NCBI GenBank assembly: GCA_900617105.1
Contig: UYFQ01000818.1
Coordinates: 1-45,280 of the forward strand
Length of the DNA: 45,280 nt
Source of the DNA: Hydrurus foetidus
Lineage: Eukaryota
Direction: 5' to 3'
The notes under the pieces were generated by a model, which was given only the letters and a program-made list of their open reading frames with translations, was not told the DNA's origin and did not search any database. Each line of letters opens with the position of its first letter. Position 1 is the first letter of the stretch. Of this stretch, positions 10,299-22,200 are shown in pieces. The position numbers and the translations under genes are program-made.

Positions 10299-12656
10299 AT
10301 GAGTTCATCGTCGTCATCTTCTTCATCGTCCTCATCCGCAGCAGTAATTGCAGCTAAGGGAGGTACAGATTTATCAGCAGCGACGCTGACACATTCATTT
10401 GATTTCGATTTGCATCTTGAAGATGAACGGCCCAAAAGCCCTCTGTCTGCTGGACGGCCACTTCACATTTACGTATTGATATCAATTTTCGGATTGGCAT
10501 CTTTGCTCCGTATCTTCCATGCTGCGAAGACACCTGCTCAATCAGTACAGCCACAGTTGGAAATTATTCCTAATCCAATAGATGCGACTACCACCTTAAG
10601 CTATCGTCTGAGGGAAACTGAAGATTTAAATGAGCTTTTTGCCTCTCGCCTTATCATTCTGAACGATACTGTTACAACTTTGCGAAGTCGCGTGCTGAAG
10701 ATTGAGAAGAAACCAGTTACAATTGTATCGGCGGATTTTTCAGCGGCCAAGACAATAATAAATGAGAATCTCCTGGCTTTAAACAGCCTTATCAAAATCC
10801 AATCAGATAATTTGGGTTACCTGAATAAAGCGCAAATGATGACCTTCGCAAAAGTGGAGGCACTCAAGATTTCACAAGAAACAAAAGTCTCTGAAATAAG
10901 TGCTGTCGCATCTAACGTTGAGGCCAGTCTTCTTCGTCTCCGCAATAGATTGGACGTGTTTTCAGTCACGCAGTCTGAGACTAGTAAATCAAGAATGAGG
11001 ACTCAAAATCTCATGCTACTGCAAAAAATAGCAAAACTTGAAGAGAGATTCTCGACAGCTCTTAAAAAAACCAGCGAAGCATTTGCCTACATGAAGAAAG
11101 ATTTGAACTTCACAGTGCAAGCTGAAGCTGACAAGTGGGACAATCTGGGTACCAGCAAATATTCTGGTGAATTCATCGAAGAAGTTGTGAAGGGTGTGTG
11201 GGAAAATAATAGGGTAATCTATGTAAAGTTGTTGCCCGACATGGCGTGTCCGAGGATAGAGAGAGTAGTGACGAAGATTAAGGAAGTCCTCGTTCAACCA
11301 ACACCAGTCGTGGAGCCTGTGACTCCTCCCATCAACACTGCCACTGACTTTGCGAGACGATCAGCAGGGGCGAGTGTAGTTCTTGAAGGGACATCTGACA
11401 CATACACCCACCCCGAGATGAATTTCAGACGGGTCTCAGACATTGCGTTGGGATATCTAGGAATAAGCAACACGAACTTCCTCGTCAAGAGCGCCATTGC
11501 ATCTCAAATTATAGACTACGCAGACTCCCTGACTCCATCGCTAATCGAGATCTTGGGTTTGGATTCTGGAATCGGACGGCCCGATGACGCTATTTCTGCA
11601 GATATGAGTCTCGGGTCCTGCTGGCCCATGCAGGTACCGTACTGAGTGCGTATCTAGTACTTCATAACCATGAGATTCATTTGGATAGGATTAGAGTCGG
11701 CATTATCGACTGGAACTCTATGTCTTTGTCTCCATATTTGGATTGTTCAGAACCTCTTGAACTAGTTGACGTATCCGTATCTGTATCTCACTAAGTGCTC
11801 AATTCTTCAACACCTTCAAGCAGAAACACTCTGTAAACTGATGTCCACATCTTCAAGCTGTTCCCCACACAATCGAAATCTTTCACGTTACTGCTTAGAC
11901 CATCATTTGAATTGAAGTAAATTGTTGTAGGGAGAGTCGGGAGTGCTGATGATACAACTCGCCTATCCGGTGTCTGTGAAGTCCATCTCAATTGACCACA
12001 TATCGAGGTACCAAAACCTAGCTCATGCTGTACAAGAAACCACTGATGCTTTTTTTCTATACTATACTATACTACACTACACTCTTGAGTACGCCTCTTC
12101 ACAAAACAGCATTTAAAAAGATAAAACAAAATGTGTACTTACGTACTGTACGGGCAGGGAGGGAGCCATTGATCTGAGAAGCGCCCCCAAATTGTTCCAA
12201 GTGTTCGGATCATCCGATCTCATCAGCTCCAGAGACGAACTCCAGTGAGAACATTTTTCAATCTTTTCAGCTCGAATAGTCGTGTGTCGTGTTTTAGTAC
12301 TGCACTATACATTGCCTTGCAGAGTCTTCTGTGACTGACATAATATCCGAATGTGTTCTGTGTCCATCCAGAAGTGCGCGTTGTACTCAATCTTCAATCA
12401 CCGCGTCTCTTATATTGTATCTCACATGCTGCCCTATCCTCTACGTCTTACCATCTAATTATCCATCAGTATGTTGGTGCAAGGAACGTACAACACAACT
12501 GGTCAGTACGCGCCATCTCAGCTGTTTCCTGTCACATCTCAGACCGAGCCTGTGCAGTACGTGTCACTACGCGTACTGTCCAATCACGGCCATCCGGAGT
12601 ACACCTGCTTATACCGAATAAGGGTGCATGGCGATCCGGTGGAGAGCAACTCATAG
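10299..12656 (+). CDS. C-terminal SUN (Sad1/UNC-84) domain nuclear-envelope protein, ~561 aa, 4 exons
   Basis: Exons 10299-11633, 11931-12007, 12158-12244, 12470-12656 (GT-AG, 1686 nt, in phase). TM segment [14 protein letters not shown], then coiled coil, then SUN motifs [63 protein letters not shown]. The start codon is uncertain. Confidence 0.93.
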
Positions 12657-13664
12657 ACAGCTCAGCAGCTACCAGTAGTCCTTTCGCTAGTGAAACAGTT
12701 GGTCAGTCAGCCAGTCAGCCAGCTAGCCTTCTGTTGGATTAATCAGTCAGTCAGCCGGTAAGTCGTTCGGTTGATATGAGGTCAGAGGCACAGACACAGG
12801 GCTAGTAGAGTTCTGCTACGCACTGCACTGCACTGCTGCAAGATAATCCCATCCCATCCGATGCGATCCCATCCGATCTAATCCTTCATGACAGCGATTT
12901 ACCTGGAGGGGACGCGATACGATACGATGACGTCATCGGAACAGCCCACACTCCCTCTTGTTCTGTACAGTGCAGTGGCCAGAACGTCGTTACCCCCTCC
13001 CATTAGTATGATCGGATAACTCAGCTGTGCCACTCATTTTTGACGGTTTAATTTACAGTCCATTCTTTCGTTCCACACTCGTTCAACACCAGGCCGCTCA
13101 AAATCATCTGCTCGCCCCCCTACAGTACATTTTGTTACACCACACTTACTCTGTTTCACGTTGAAGCATCTATCCGTTGCAGTTGCCTTCTCAATCTGTT
13201 CATAACTACCACCAAGTTTTGTCTCCCTACTTTTTTTCCTTGTCATCATGACGTACTCAAATGGAGTGGAACACGAGAAGAGTGACGTCATTGCAAGCAA
13301 AATGAGATAGATCGTGAATCGAATAATTCTATGTCTCGAAAATTACATTATGTAAATCAAAAGTATAAAGTTGGATTCTATTCAGCGACTGACATTGAAA
13401 AATACTGTGATGTACTGGAAAACCGGGAGACATGAAACGAAAGGAGATGGGATGAGAGGTGTTGAAGTAAGCACAGGACGATGCGCACGTACGTGGTGTC
13501 AAAGACTGAAAGAATTGCAAGTGCGTGATAAGAAGGCGTAAGTACCGTAGAGAATGGTGAGATGAGACGACTAACGCCATGTCGTGACATGCCAAGCCAC
13601 GACATGATACGACACTATGTGACAATGTGACGAGGGAAGGAAAGAGAGAGAAACGCAATCAAAA

Positions 13665-16504
13665 TTAGAAAGTTCTGCTGTATCTCTTGATCTCCATCAG
13701 AATGGTGGCTGTTGACACGACATCTCGACTGAAAGGGGGGGGACGGGCCCAGGACCTCTTGATGATTTCTTGGAACCGAGTATAGTAGAGCAGTAACTGG
13801 GTCAGCACCTGCTTTAAGATCTCCATGCCATTTCGAAAATTGGCGAAATAGGCTAGGACGTTGTCGTTTATTTGTTGTATTCCCGATCTCCAGTTGACGG
13901 AGAAGTCCCTCACCAGCCCTTCGACAAGCACTTCGTCTAACGAGAGGGAGACCGACCCGCCCCCGCCCCCTCCACTGCTTGTTGCAAGCTCTGTCATAGC
14001 GTGTTCTGTCTGCACCACAAAGGAAATCAATCTGGGGAAAGAAGTTTTGATTTCTTCTTCGGCGAATAGTTCCCTTTGTTGCAATAAAATGTCTTCGAAT
14101 TTCTGCACCTCTTCACTCACTACTCTTCTATCTTGAAATACACTTAGTATTTGATCGAAATTGTTGATGAAGAACACTTTTTGTTCCTTGGGGTTCGGAA
14201 TGAGAGAGGACAACTTCTCGAGCAGGAGGGCCATCTCTGACCGCATCAAGTGTATATCGTGTTCTAACATCTTCTCCCCTCCTCCTCCCACCCCCATGCT
14301 ATCCGATCCGGTCTGAAGGAAGAAAACACTCGACACTAACTCTGCATACCTCTTACTCACGTAGTGTGGGGACAAATCGATGGGTCCTAATTTCCTCGGA
14401 TTGGCCCCCTTAACACTTTTTAAATTCAAGTCAAAAACCTGTTTGAACCTCGGCCACAACAGCATGGAAATTCGGTCAAAAAAAGGATCCAATACGGGTA
14501 TTCTTCTTCTCTGCATCACCATTCGCTGCATGTGTGTGACTTTTATCACCAATAGTAGACCGATTGCGTCATAGCACCCCAATAGATAATTCTCGAGAAA
14601 TTCTAATATCAGCGATAATGTCTTCACGAACATCTTCGTGAATATTTCTCTTGTATTTGATTTAAAAAAATCAATCACGAAGAGAAACTCATTCGTAGCA
14701 GCATCGCTTAGGTGCTTTATAATTGACCGAAAGATAACTTCAATTGGATATTTTAGATTTTCTGCCACCGCTACATGGAGCAGAATTGGTTCATCTTCAA
14801 TTTGATCTAAGATCTTATCTCTTTCCCCCAGAGAGAAAGAGTCTGTTCTTTTTGATAAATTGACCTACATTTTATTGTCATATTGATTTTGTTGTGTTAT
14901 GCTGCGTGTTATTGAGGTGACTAGATCTTATGTCGTTGAATGGCAGATTGCAGTCGTATACAGTAATGAAACCATAATAGGTATGCAGGTATGACAACCA
15001 TCGACTATCGGAATCATATCGATCAAAGTTCAGACCTATACATTTTTACAGAACTAGAATCTATAAAAAAATCATACTTTATTTTGGTCAATTTCTGGAA
15101 GCACTTCTGTTCGTGCATTTGTACGTACTACGAATTTATTGGTGAGAACTTACTTTTTGTGTGAACATGGATTTTAGAGTCGCCTCCTCGACAGCAATTA
15201 AATCATTCTTTCCCGCCACAAATAGGTCTAATTTGAGCAATTGACTGCAGTAGCTCTTGAATAAATTTTGAAGTGTCTTGCCCATACTCTCCATATAAAT
15301 TGTTCTGAAATGCGGAGTGTTCATTGTGCATAATATTACGTAATGTCGGCAGAATGCGTTTACCTTCATTCGCATAGAATGTATACTTATTGGCAATGCA
15401 TAATATTGCCATCGGTCTATGGAGTTACTGTTGAATCTTTACTAAAATGTTGACAAGAGGTATCCTCAGTGGCACACTACATGAAAGAAAGACATGGATG
15501 GAGTACAGAGGAGAGAGTATGTCTGCAGATGTACAGGTGAATGATATGGCAAAAAGCCATAAGATAGTGGCATTGCCTCATCAGCTACAAATTGTCCCCT
15601 ACAATTATCAACGTATCATTCAATAAGTAAATCACCTGAGATCATCGGCAGCTGCTGGTGCTTCTGATTGAACGAACTGCAGAAGCGGTGCGTACTTACA
15701 CAACGAGTTCTGCTGCACCATCTGCACATTCGTTTTCGGTTTCCTAATGGCCTGGAATTGCTGCAAGAAGTAGTCTCTTGTTTTTGTGATAGCTCTGAGT
15801 TTTAATTTCTCCAAGTCAGGGAGTAGTGATCGTCCTGCGAATGTTTCTGAAGGTGGAATATCCAGTGACGATCCATCCTTGGCTGGTGACTCCTGCTGTA
15901 AGTATTTTAATTTGTTGCTGAGGCTGACAACAGCGTCTAAGAAGGCTTCGTTGATGTCTGGTGACGCAATATGTTCCGCCATCCCATGTGTTACACTAGA
16001 ATTATCGAGAAAGCAGTGAAGCTTGTCCTCGGCAGCTCGCCTGTGGTAATACACAGTGGACGGAGACAGCGATTTCATTACGTAAGTAGAAAGACTCGAA
16101 ATTTAATATGATCATACTCAGAGATGAGTGATCTTCGTTAAAAGATACCTGTTCCTTAGGCGTATGCTCATGGAAAGTGATTCGTCCTGAAGATGTTTGA
16201 TCTCCTCCGATATTCCCCCTAAATCAGCCTGGAATCCTAGAAGCATCTCCTGCATTCTCCCTAATACGGCATCACATTCTTGCATTTGTCGATGCAGATC
16301 AACGACTTGCTGGTCATTCTCAACATATTGAGCTACTGAATCCATTTCTGCGATTTTAAGCTCTTTCTCCAATTCAGCACCGTATTTTCTGAGATCCACC
16401 CCCCTATGCAAAGCTTGATGAACCATATCGTCCTCCTCAAAGGCAGACAAATCCTCACCAATCTCATCGAAATTAATCTCGTCATTTGTGAGAATGTCGG
16501 CCAT
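13665..16504 (-). CDS. VPS52: Vacuolar protein sorting 52 (GARP/EARP complex subunit), ~703 aa, 4 exons
   Basis: Exons 16504-16149, 16040-15636, 15304-15154, 14864-13665 (2112 nt, in phase). Motifs GVDLRKY, CDAVLGRMQEMLLGFQADLGGISEEIKHLQ.ES.SMSIRLRNR, LLWPRF, PHYVSKRYAE, FANFRNGMEILKQVLTQLLLYYTRF. Confidence 0.96.
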
Positions 16505-17378
16505 CTTGCTTCTGCCAATTTCCCTGATAAATTGTGTCGCTCGAATTGGAAAATGATTTAACGTTAGACCATCCAATTTCGCTTCATGTGTGGGTGAAAC
16601 GGAAACTTTTAAAACTATGCTGCTCAAGATGTAAAATGTCGAGGAATCTATTCGAACCCTTCCAACTTCTGACTTTCAGCAAACAAGACGCAAAAAATCA
16701 AAAATTACTTTTGGCAGCAGATTTTCTACAGGTCCAGCATTTTTCTTCTCTTCTTGATGTGGACTTCAAATTTCTAATATGGTTACTAAACGCCTCTAGA
16801 TTTCAATGAAATATCGCGAGAGAAAGTTCCAGTGAACGCTCCCTGCATCCGCTAGTTTCATTCTTGCAGCAGAAGACATCACCCCCGTCTCGATCGCAGA
16901 ATAAAATCAATAATTGAGGGGGATACGTAAATCAGTTATTCGTGAGATAAGGACAGATCGATAAGAGTCCTCGCTGATTGTAAATATGATAAGGTAGATG
17001 CGTTCTATTCTACTCCTCAAAGGAGCTATTAAATAATTTCGTCTCATGACGGTTGTTTCCGTTAGGACAGATGACATGTAAATCGTTTCACTTGGTCGAC
17101 ACGGCGCAGCACTACGGAGAAAACAATTATGTACGATCCAAGGGCTTACATGAAGATGTTGAGATATTCTTGAGTAATACTGGAAATAAAATATAATGTG
17201 ATTGTTTTCAATCAAATTCAACGTCTCCCCCTAACTACATGTAAGAAATGCTGGCAGCGAAATGTTACCGGGTGATCGACACTACATATGGATTCGTTTC
17301 TTAAGGTAGCAGTGAGGCAGCACTTCGGATTCTGAATATCAATGACCACCTCAGAGAGCCAAACTAAATTCAATTCCA

Positions 17379-18759
17379 TCAGAAGAATAAACTATACAAG
17401 TCAGGGAAGGAGCTCTCAGATGGTACGGCTACAGGAATTCCAGCGCTCAGACCCTTTATTTCTGACGAGAACGAGAGAAAGTATTAGATGTCAAAAAGTG
17501 AACACAGAAAATGTAGAAAGTGGAAAGTAGGAGCACAGTAAATTCTGAAAGAATGTGGCACAACGAGGTAGGGACAGCAAAGGGAGTGAAGCACTTACTG
17601 TGTAGACGAGCTACGAATAGCTTGCCCTTGGGAATGCCATCGGAGTCGTCACGAGAAGTGATGTAAATGTCATTCAGACAAGGGCCACCTATAATAACGG
17701 AGCGAAGGGAGTCACGTCAACGTCATTCTTTCCATTTGTACCCTTAGTTTCAATGTATGATCTCACCGAATGTGCATGCTGTCGGATTTATTATGGGTAG
17801 TCTCAGGCGCATCATTTCCTTTCCACTCTCTGGATTTATTCTAATCAAACATGACGCCCCAACAACAGCGACCTGAAGCAGGTTTCGAATAGCAGTAATG
17901 GGGTGAAGTCAGAATATTTATAAGAAGTCCAATTTGAAAATCAATACGGACCGAGATTCCTCTCGTCGTACGCGCAGTGACCTACCCACAGCTTCCCATC
18001 GCTGTCACATGTCATTCCATCTAGCATGCATCCAAACGATTTGTCAGCGTCGCCCAGAGTGTAAATGATGCGAGTCTTATGAATCTGATGCGAGCCATCT
18101 GCTGCTGCACTTTCGGCGTAACAATTAATTGTGTTATTGCCGGAGTCGATGAAATATAAATCGCCGTTTTTCGTCCAAGTTGAGCCATTAGGTAGATGAC
18201 AGTCGTTCTTGTCAAGCATCGGGCGTAAGTCCATCGATGCTTCAGCGCTTTTAGGATTAGATCTGCAGAGTTGATATAAGTTTCCTTTTTCACCATCCCT
18301 CCATTTTTTACTCATGTAACCTGCATACAGGCGGCCATCATGGTTGCATTTCCCATCATTGAATCTGCTATTTTTCGAAACGTTTTCTGGCAGTGAGCTC
18401 ACCACCCGTAGAATTTCTTTGCTGGTAAAATCTACTTCTAAAATTTCAAACTCTAATCCGACGAAAAGGATGACCTTGCGAGCAGTTGTTCGACTAGTTG
18501 GCACGGCAAATCCAACGGTTGAATTCATGACCATAGAGTCCACTGTATTCGTTGATGGCGAATAGCTGTAGACAATTTTTGCAGCGATGTCTATGTAGAA
18601 TAAACATTTCGATATGGAGCACCAATGTGGCGACTCTCCGTGAAGTGTTGGTGGCACAGTAACTTCCTCTACGACCATAAATTGCCGGGATGGAGTCCGA
18701 CAACGACCATCTGAATTGCCTTCAGTGGAGCAAAGAAGCTGACTGACATGCTGCCCCAT
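17379..18759 (-). CDS. SMP-30/gluconolactonase/regucalcin-family beta-propeller, ~350 aa, 4 exons
   Basis: Exons 18759-17986, 17872-17767, 17688-17599, 17461-17379 (1053 nt). Motifs HGESPHW, LFYIDI, SRFNDGKCNHDGRLYAG, PNG..W, LYFIDS, DGMTCDSDGKLWVA, PTACTFGGPCLNDIYITS. Confidence 0.93.
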
Positions 18760-19264
18760 GGCCTCCGAGTGACACCGGTCTCTTTAAAGCTTACTCAGTG
18801 TCCATCCGTACACACCTAGAGGTCCAGCTGCGAGAGCACGATTCACAGTTGAAACTCCAACAACTCGTACAAGCAGCGAAGCGCCATCAGCACAACAACG
18901 ACCCTTCGACGCAACCCGACGACGAAGTTTTTATTTGATGTGTAAAAACCAGAAATCAGATGTAAATGTAGAGTGTAACTAGTAACTAGCATGTACGAGA
19001 ATAACGATTCGATTAACGATCATGTGTAATGTGTAATATCATGAAACTGTCAAACACCCCTGATCCTTTTAGATTCAGCGGAGTAGCTTGAGCGGGCCCT
19101 CACATTCGATGAAAAATCTGTGCCACAAGCGACATCCGCGCCGATGTTTTCAATGAGTTCCGGGTCGATGACCTTCCTTCATCCCCTTCGCAATTCCATC
19201 TGGACTCCCCCTTCTTGAAATTGGTGATCATAATTGGTGACTGTATCCGTTTACTGTCGTAGGA

Positions 19265-22200
19265 ATGTCGCTCACCGGCAGCGCTGGTGTAAGCAGAATA
19301 AGAATCATAGGCAGTGGTGTTGAGGGAAGAACGGACAATCATTTCGCTCAGCCTAGAGGAATCTGTATCGATGAAGCAGCGAAAGAACTTTTCGTGGTGG
19401 ATTGTAACAACCACAGAGTCTGCGTCATTTCGCTCGTATCATTAACTTTTCTACGGCAGATAGGTCGAGGTATTCAGGGCTCTGGACCCGGTTGTTTAAA
19501 CTATGCTGTCGGGGCTTGCCTGGACTTCAAAAATCATCATATCTACGTAGCAGACACGAATAATCATAGAATAAGTGTTTTCGATCAAGTGACAGGCGTT
19601 TTTATACGCTGTATTGGGTTCCATGGTAGCGGTCGAGGGGAATTAAACAGTCCATACGGTGATTAACTGTGTTCTTCATATCTGTATTCCTACCATTCGG
19701 CGCTTATCTCACTTTACATTCCACGTCCTTGATTATCACATATAAAGGGGTCTGCATCGATGAAGCAACCGGGAGCCTCTTTGTGACAGATTATGATAAT
19801 CACAGAGTTCAGGTCTTCGACATTGCCTCACGGAAGTTCCTAAGAACTATCGGAAGTGGACTTGGCTCCGGACCTGGTCAGATGAACCAGCCGATTGTAC
19901 CATATCTCGACAGTGAAACCGGTTTCCTCTACATAGCAGACTACTCCAACAACAGAGTGCAGATATTCGATAAAGATAGTGGGGCTTACATTCGGCAAAT
20001 AGGGGGTGGTGGAGTGGGAGGAAGCGTGTCTGGTCTGGGAGCGGATGCCTTGAACGGACCACGCGGAATCTGCATAGACAAAGTATCCGGTCTTTTGTTC
20101 ATCGCTGATAGAGAGGTAATCGGGTAACCAATTTTGATGTCTCTTATCGCTGCTACGAGGGTAGGATACCGAATTGAATTGACCTTGGCGTTCACTTATT
20201 TGTATCACTCTCCAATCTGTATTCTGACCAATTCTTATTCTGCACGTCATCATATTTCAGAATCATCGGATCAAGGTCTACGATAAATCAACTTTCGTGT
20301 TCTTGAAGTTTCTCGGTGACGGCCAGGGTGCATCACCGGGACAGTTTCATCGACCCATGGAACTGTGCATCAGTGCGGATGACTCGTCAATATTTGTTGT
20401 TGACGGATACAATCACAGAGTCCAAGTATTCTTCCTACCAGAACTTCAAGCAGCTAGAAAAGCTGCCACGATGATAAATGAGAATAAGAATAAGGAGGGT
20501 ACTGTGGACCACGTTAGACCAAGCAAGCTGTGCCTTGAATCGAGAATATCTCTTCTAAGAATACCAAAATATCATCTACAGTCTACTGCCCTCACATCAA
20601 ATACACGCACACAGAGGAGCAGAGTTGATCTTTATTTCCCCCATATTGGGTCCTATATATCCGTACCCTCAGTGGATATCGACCATCTTCTTCGCATGGG
20701 TTTCTTTTCTTCATCTTCAACTTCAACTCCTGGTGAAGATTTTCATTACGGATTGGACACAAGTAACGCACTAGTCCCGCCCGATTATTTGAAATATGAG
20801 ATTGCAAAACTACCAAATAATAGCAATTCTAAGTTAAATCACCAGGCAGCTGTTTTCATGGGTTTGATCACTGGTGTTGCTGTGGACTCGATGGCGTGTA
20901 GCACTGCTCAAACAGCGTCAGAAAGGGATAGGAGTGAGGGTACATTAACTACAGCCCTTGACTTCCATCAAAATCAGAGTGACTTCAGCATCGACTACAG
21001 CCTGATAGTCCCCTCAGTGTTCGCCTTGGATGCACTGCTAAACAGAGGGTGGCTACCGGGTGTATCTATACCGTCACCCGTTATACACTCTCTAGTGCAC
21101 TTGATGTGCTATGGTGAGGCAACAGAGAGCTCTACCGGCAGCAGCGCAGAGAGACGCAGAGCTACATCAGCTGCAGCAGCTATACTAATAGCTGCTGTAG
21201 GTGCAGGGAAGGAATCTTGTGAAGCCATTTTCTCTTATATAATAGAAGAACTACAAATATCTTCTGTAAAATTCTCACCATCTGATCTAGAGACTAATGG
21301 CTCAGGATCACATTATTCCTCTGATGCAACTACACAGCAAGGAGAAATACCGCAAATACTAGTGACGTCATTCGGATCTGATCGAAGCATATTGGGAGAG
21401 GGTGGTCCTGATGCGCATGCAAATGGTGTCAAGTACGTAGATGATGAGGATGGGAGAGCAAAGGGAAGTGAGAGAAAGTCGGACTTGGGAGGGGGAGGAG
21501 GAGGCGGTGAATCAGCCCTGGAGGGAGATCCGTCTATCCACGCCCTCAGACTCATCGCCCTCATATTAAGCTCAGAAAGCGACACTGCGTATCCCTACCC
21601 CATGTCCCTCCTCTCCCAGCACGCTGTGGGTTCTGGCTGGGAAGCATCTCTAGTTACCCCTCCCACAGCTGGTCCGTCTCTGCCTGCACCTCCAGGACAC
21701 TCCAAGGTGTTAACATCAGCAACAGTATCTAAATGCAGACACATGGCACAAATCAGAATGCTGGTATTGGGTCTGGCGTGGACTACAGAACACGATGCGA
21801 GACACTGCGAAGATGAGAGGGGCAGGGAGAGGGAGATGAATCGCAGTGTCGGATTAAAGGGTCTCCCTCTCCCTCATATCAGCGCTCTTTCCAGCCGCTC
21901 TGCATCTCAATGTGCCTCACCTCTACCTCTACACTCCTTCCCTCCCTTCCCTCTAGGATCAAGCTCCTCCGCCTACCCCTTTCCTAAAGAATATTCTTCA
22001 AGAAAAGATTCCTCAGTATATTCCTCAAGTCTCTGCAATTTAACTGCAGAGACTCTGGACCTGGTGACTCTAGTATCTAAGATGAACAGAAGGCGCCAAG
22101 TTGTGGCGGATCTATCCGGTTTATTTGACGACTTCTACGAAGATTTGGCTTCTGTGTCTGCATTACAATTGGACTTGTTCAAGAAGGCAAAGATTTGCTT

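Noticed and set aside
12660..13660. ORFs 13034-13300, 13329-13658 and 13378-13605, and CAGT/GACAT-type short repeats
   Set aside because: Low-complexity sequence between the convergent SUN and VPS52 3' ends, with no coding signature.
16534..17340. ORFs 16534-16809 and 16907-17221
   Set aside because: No recognisable motif; probably VPS52 promoter and SMP-30 3' UTR sequence.
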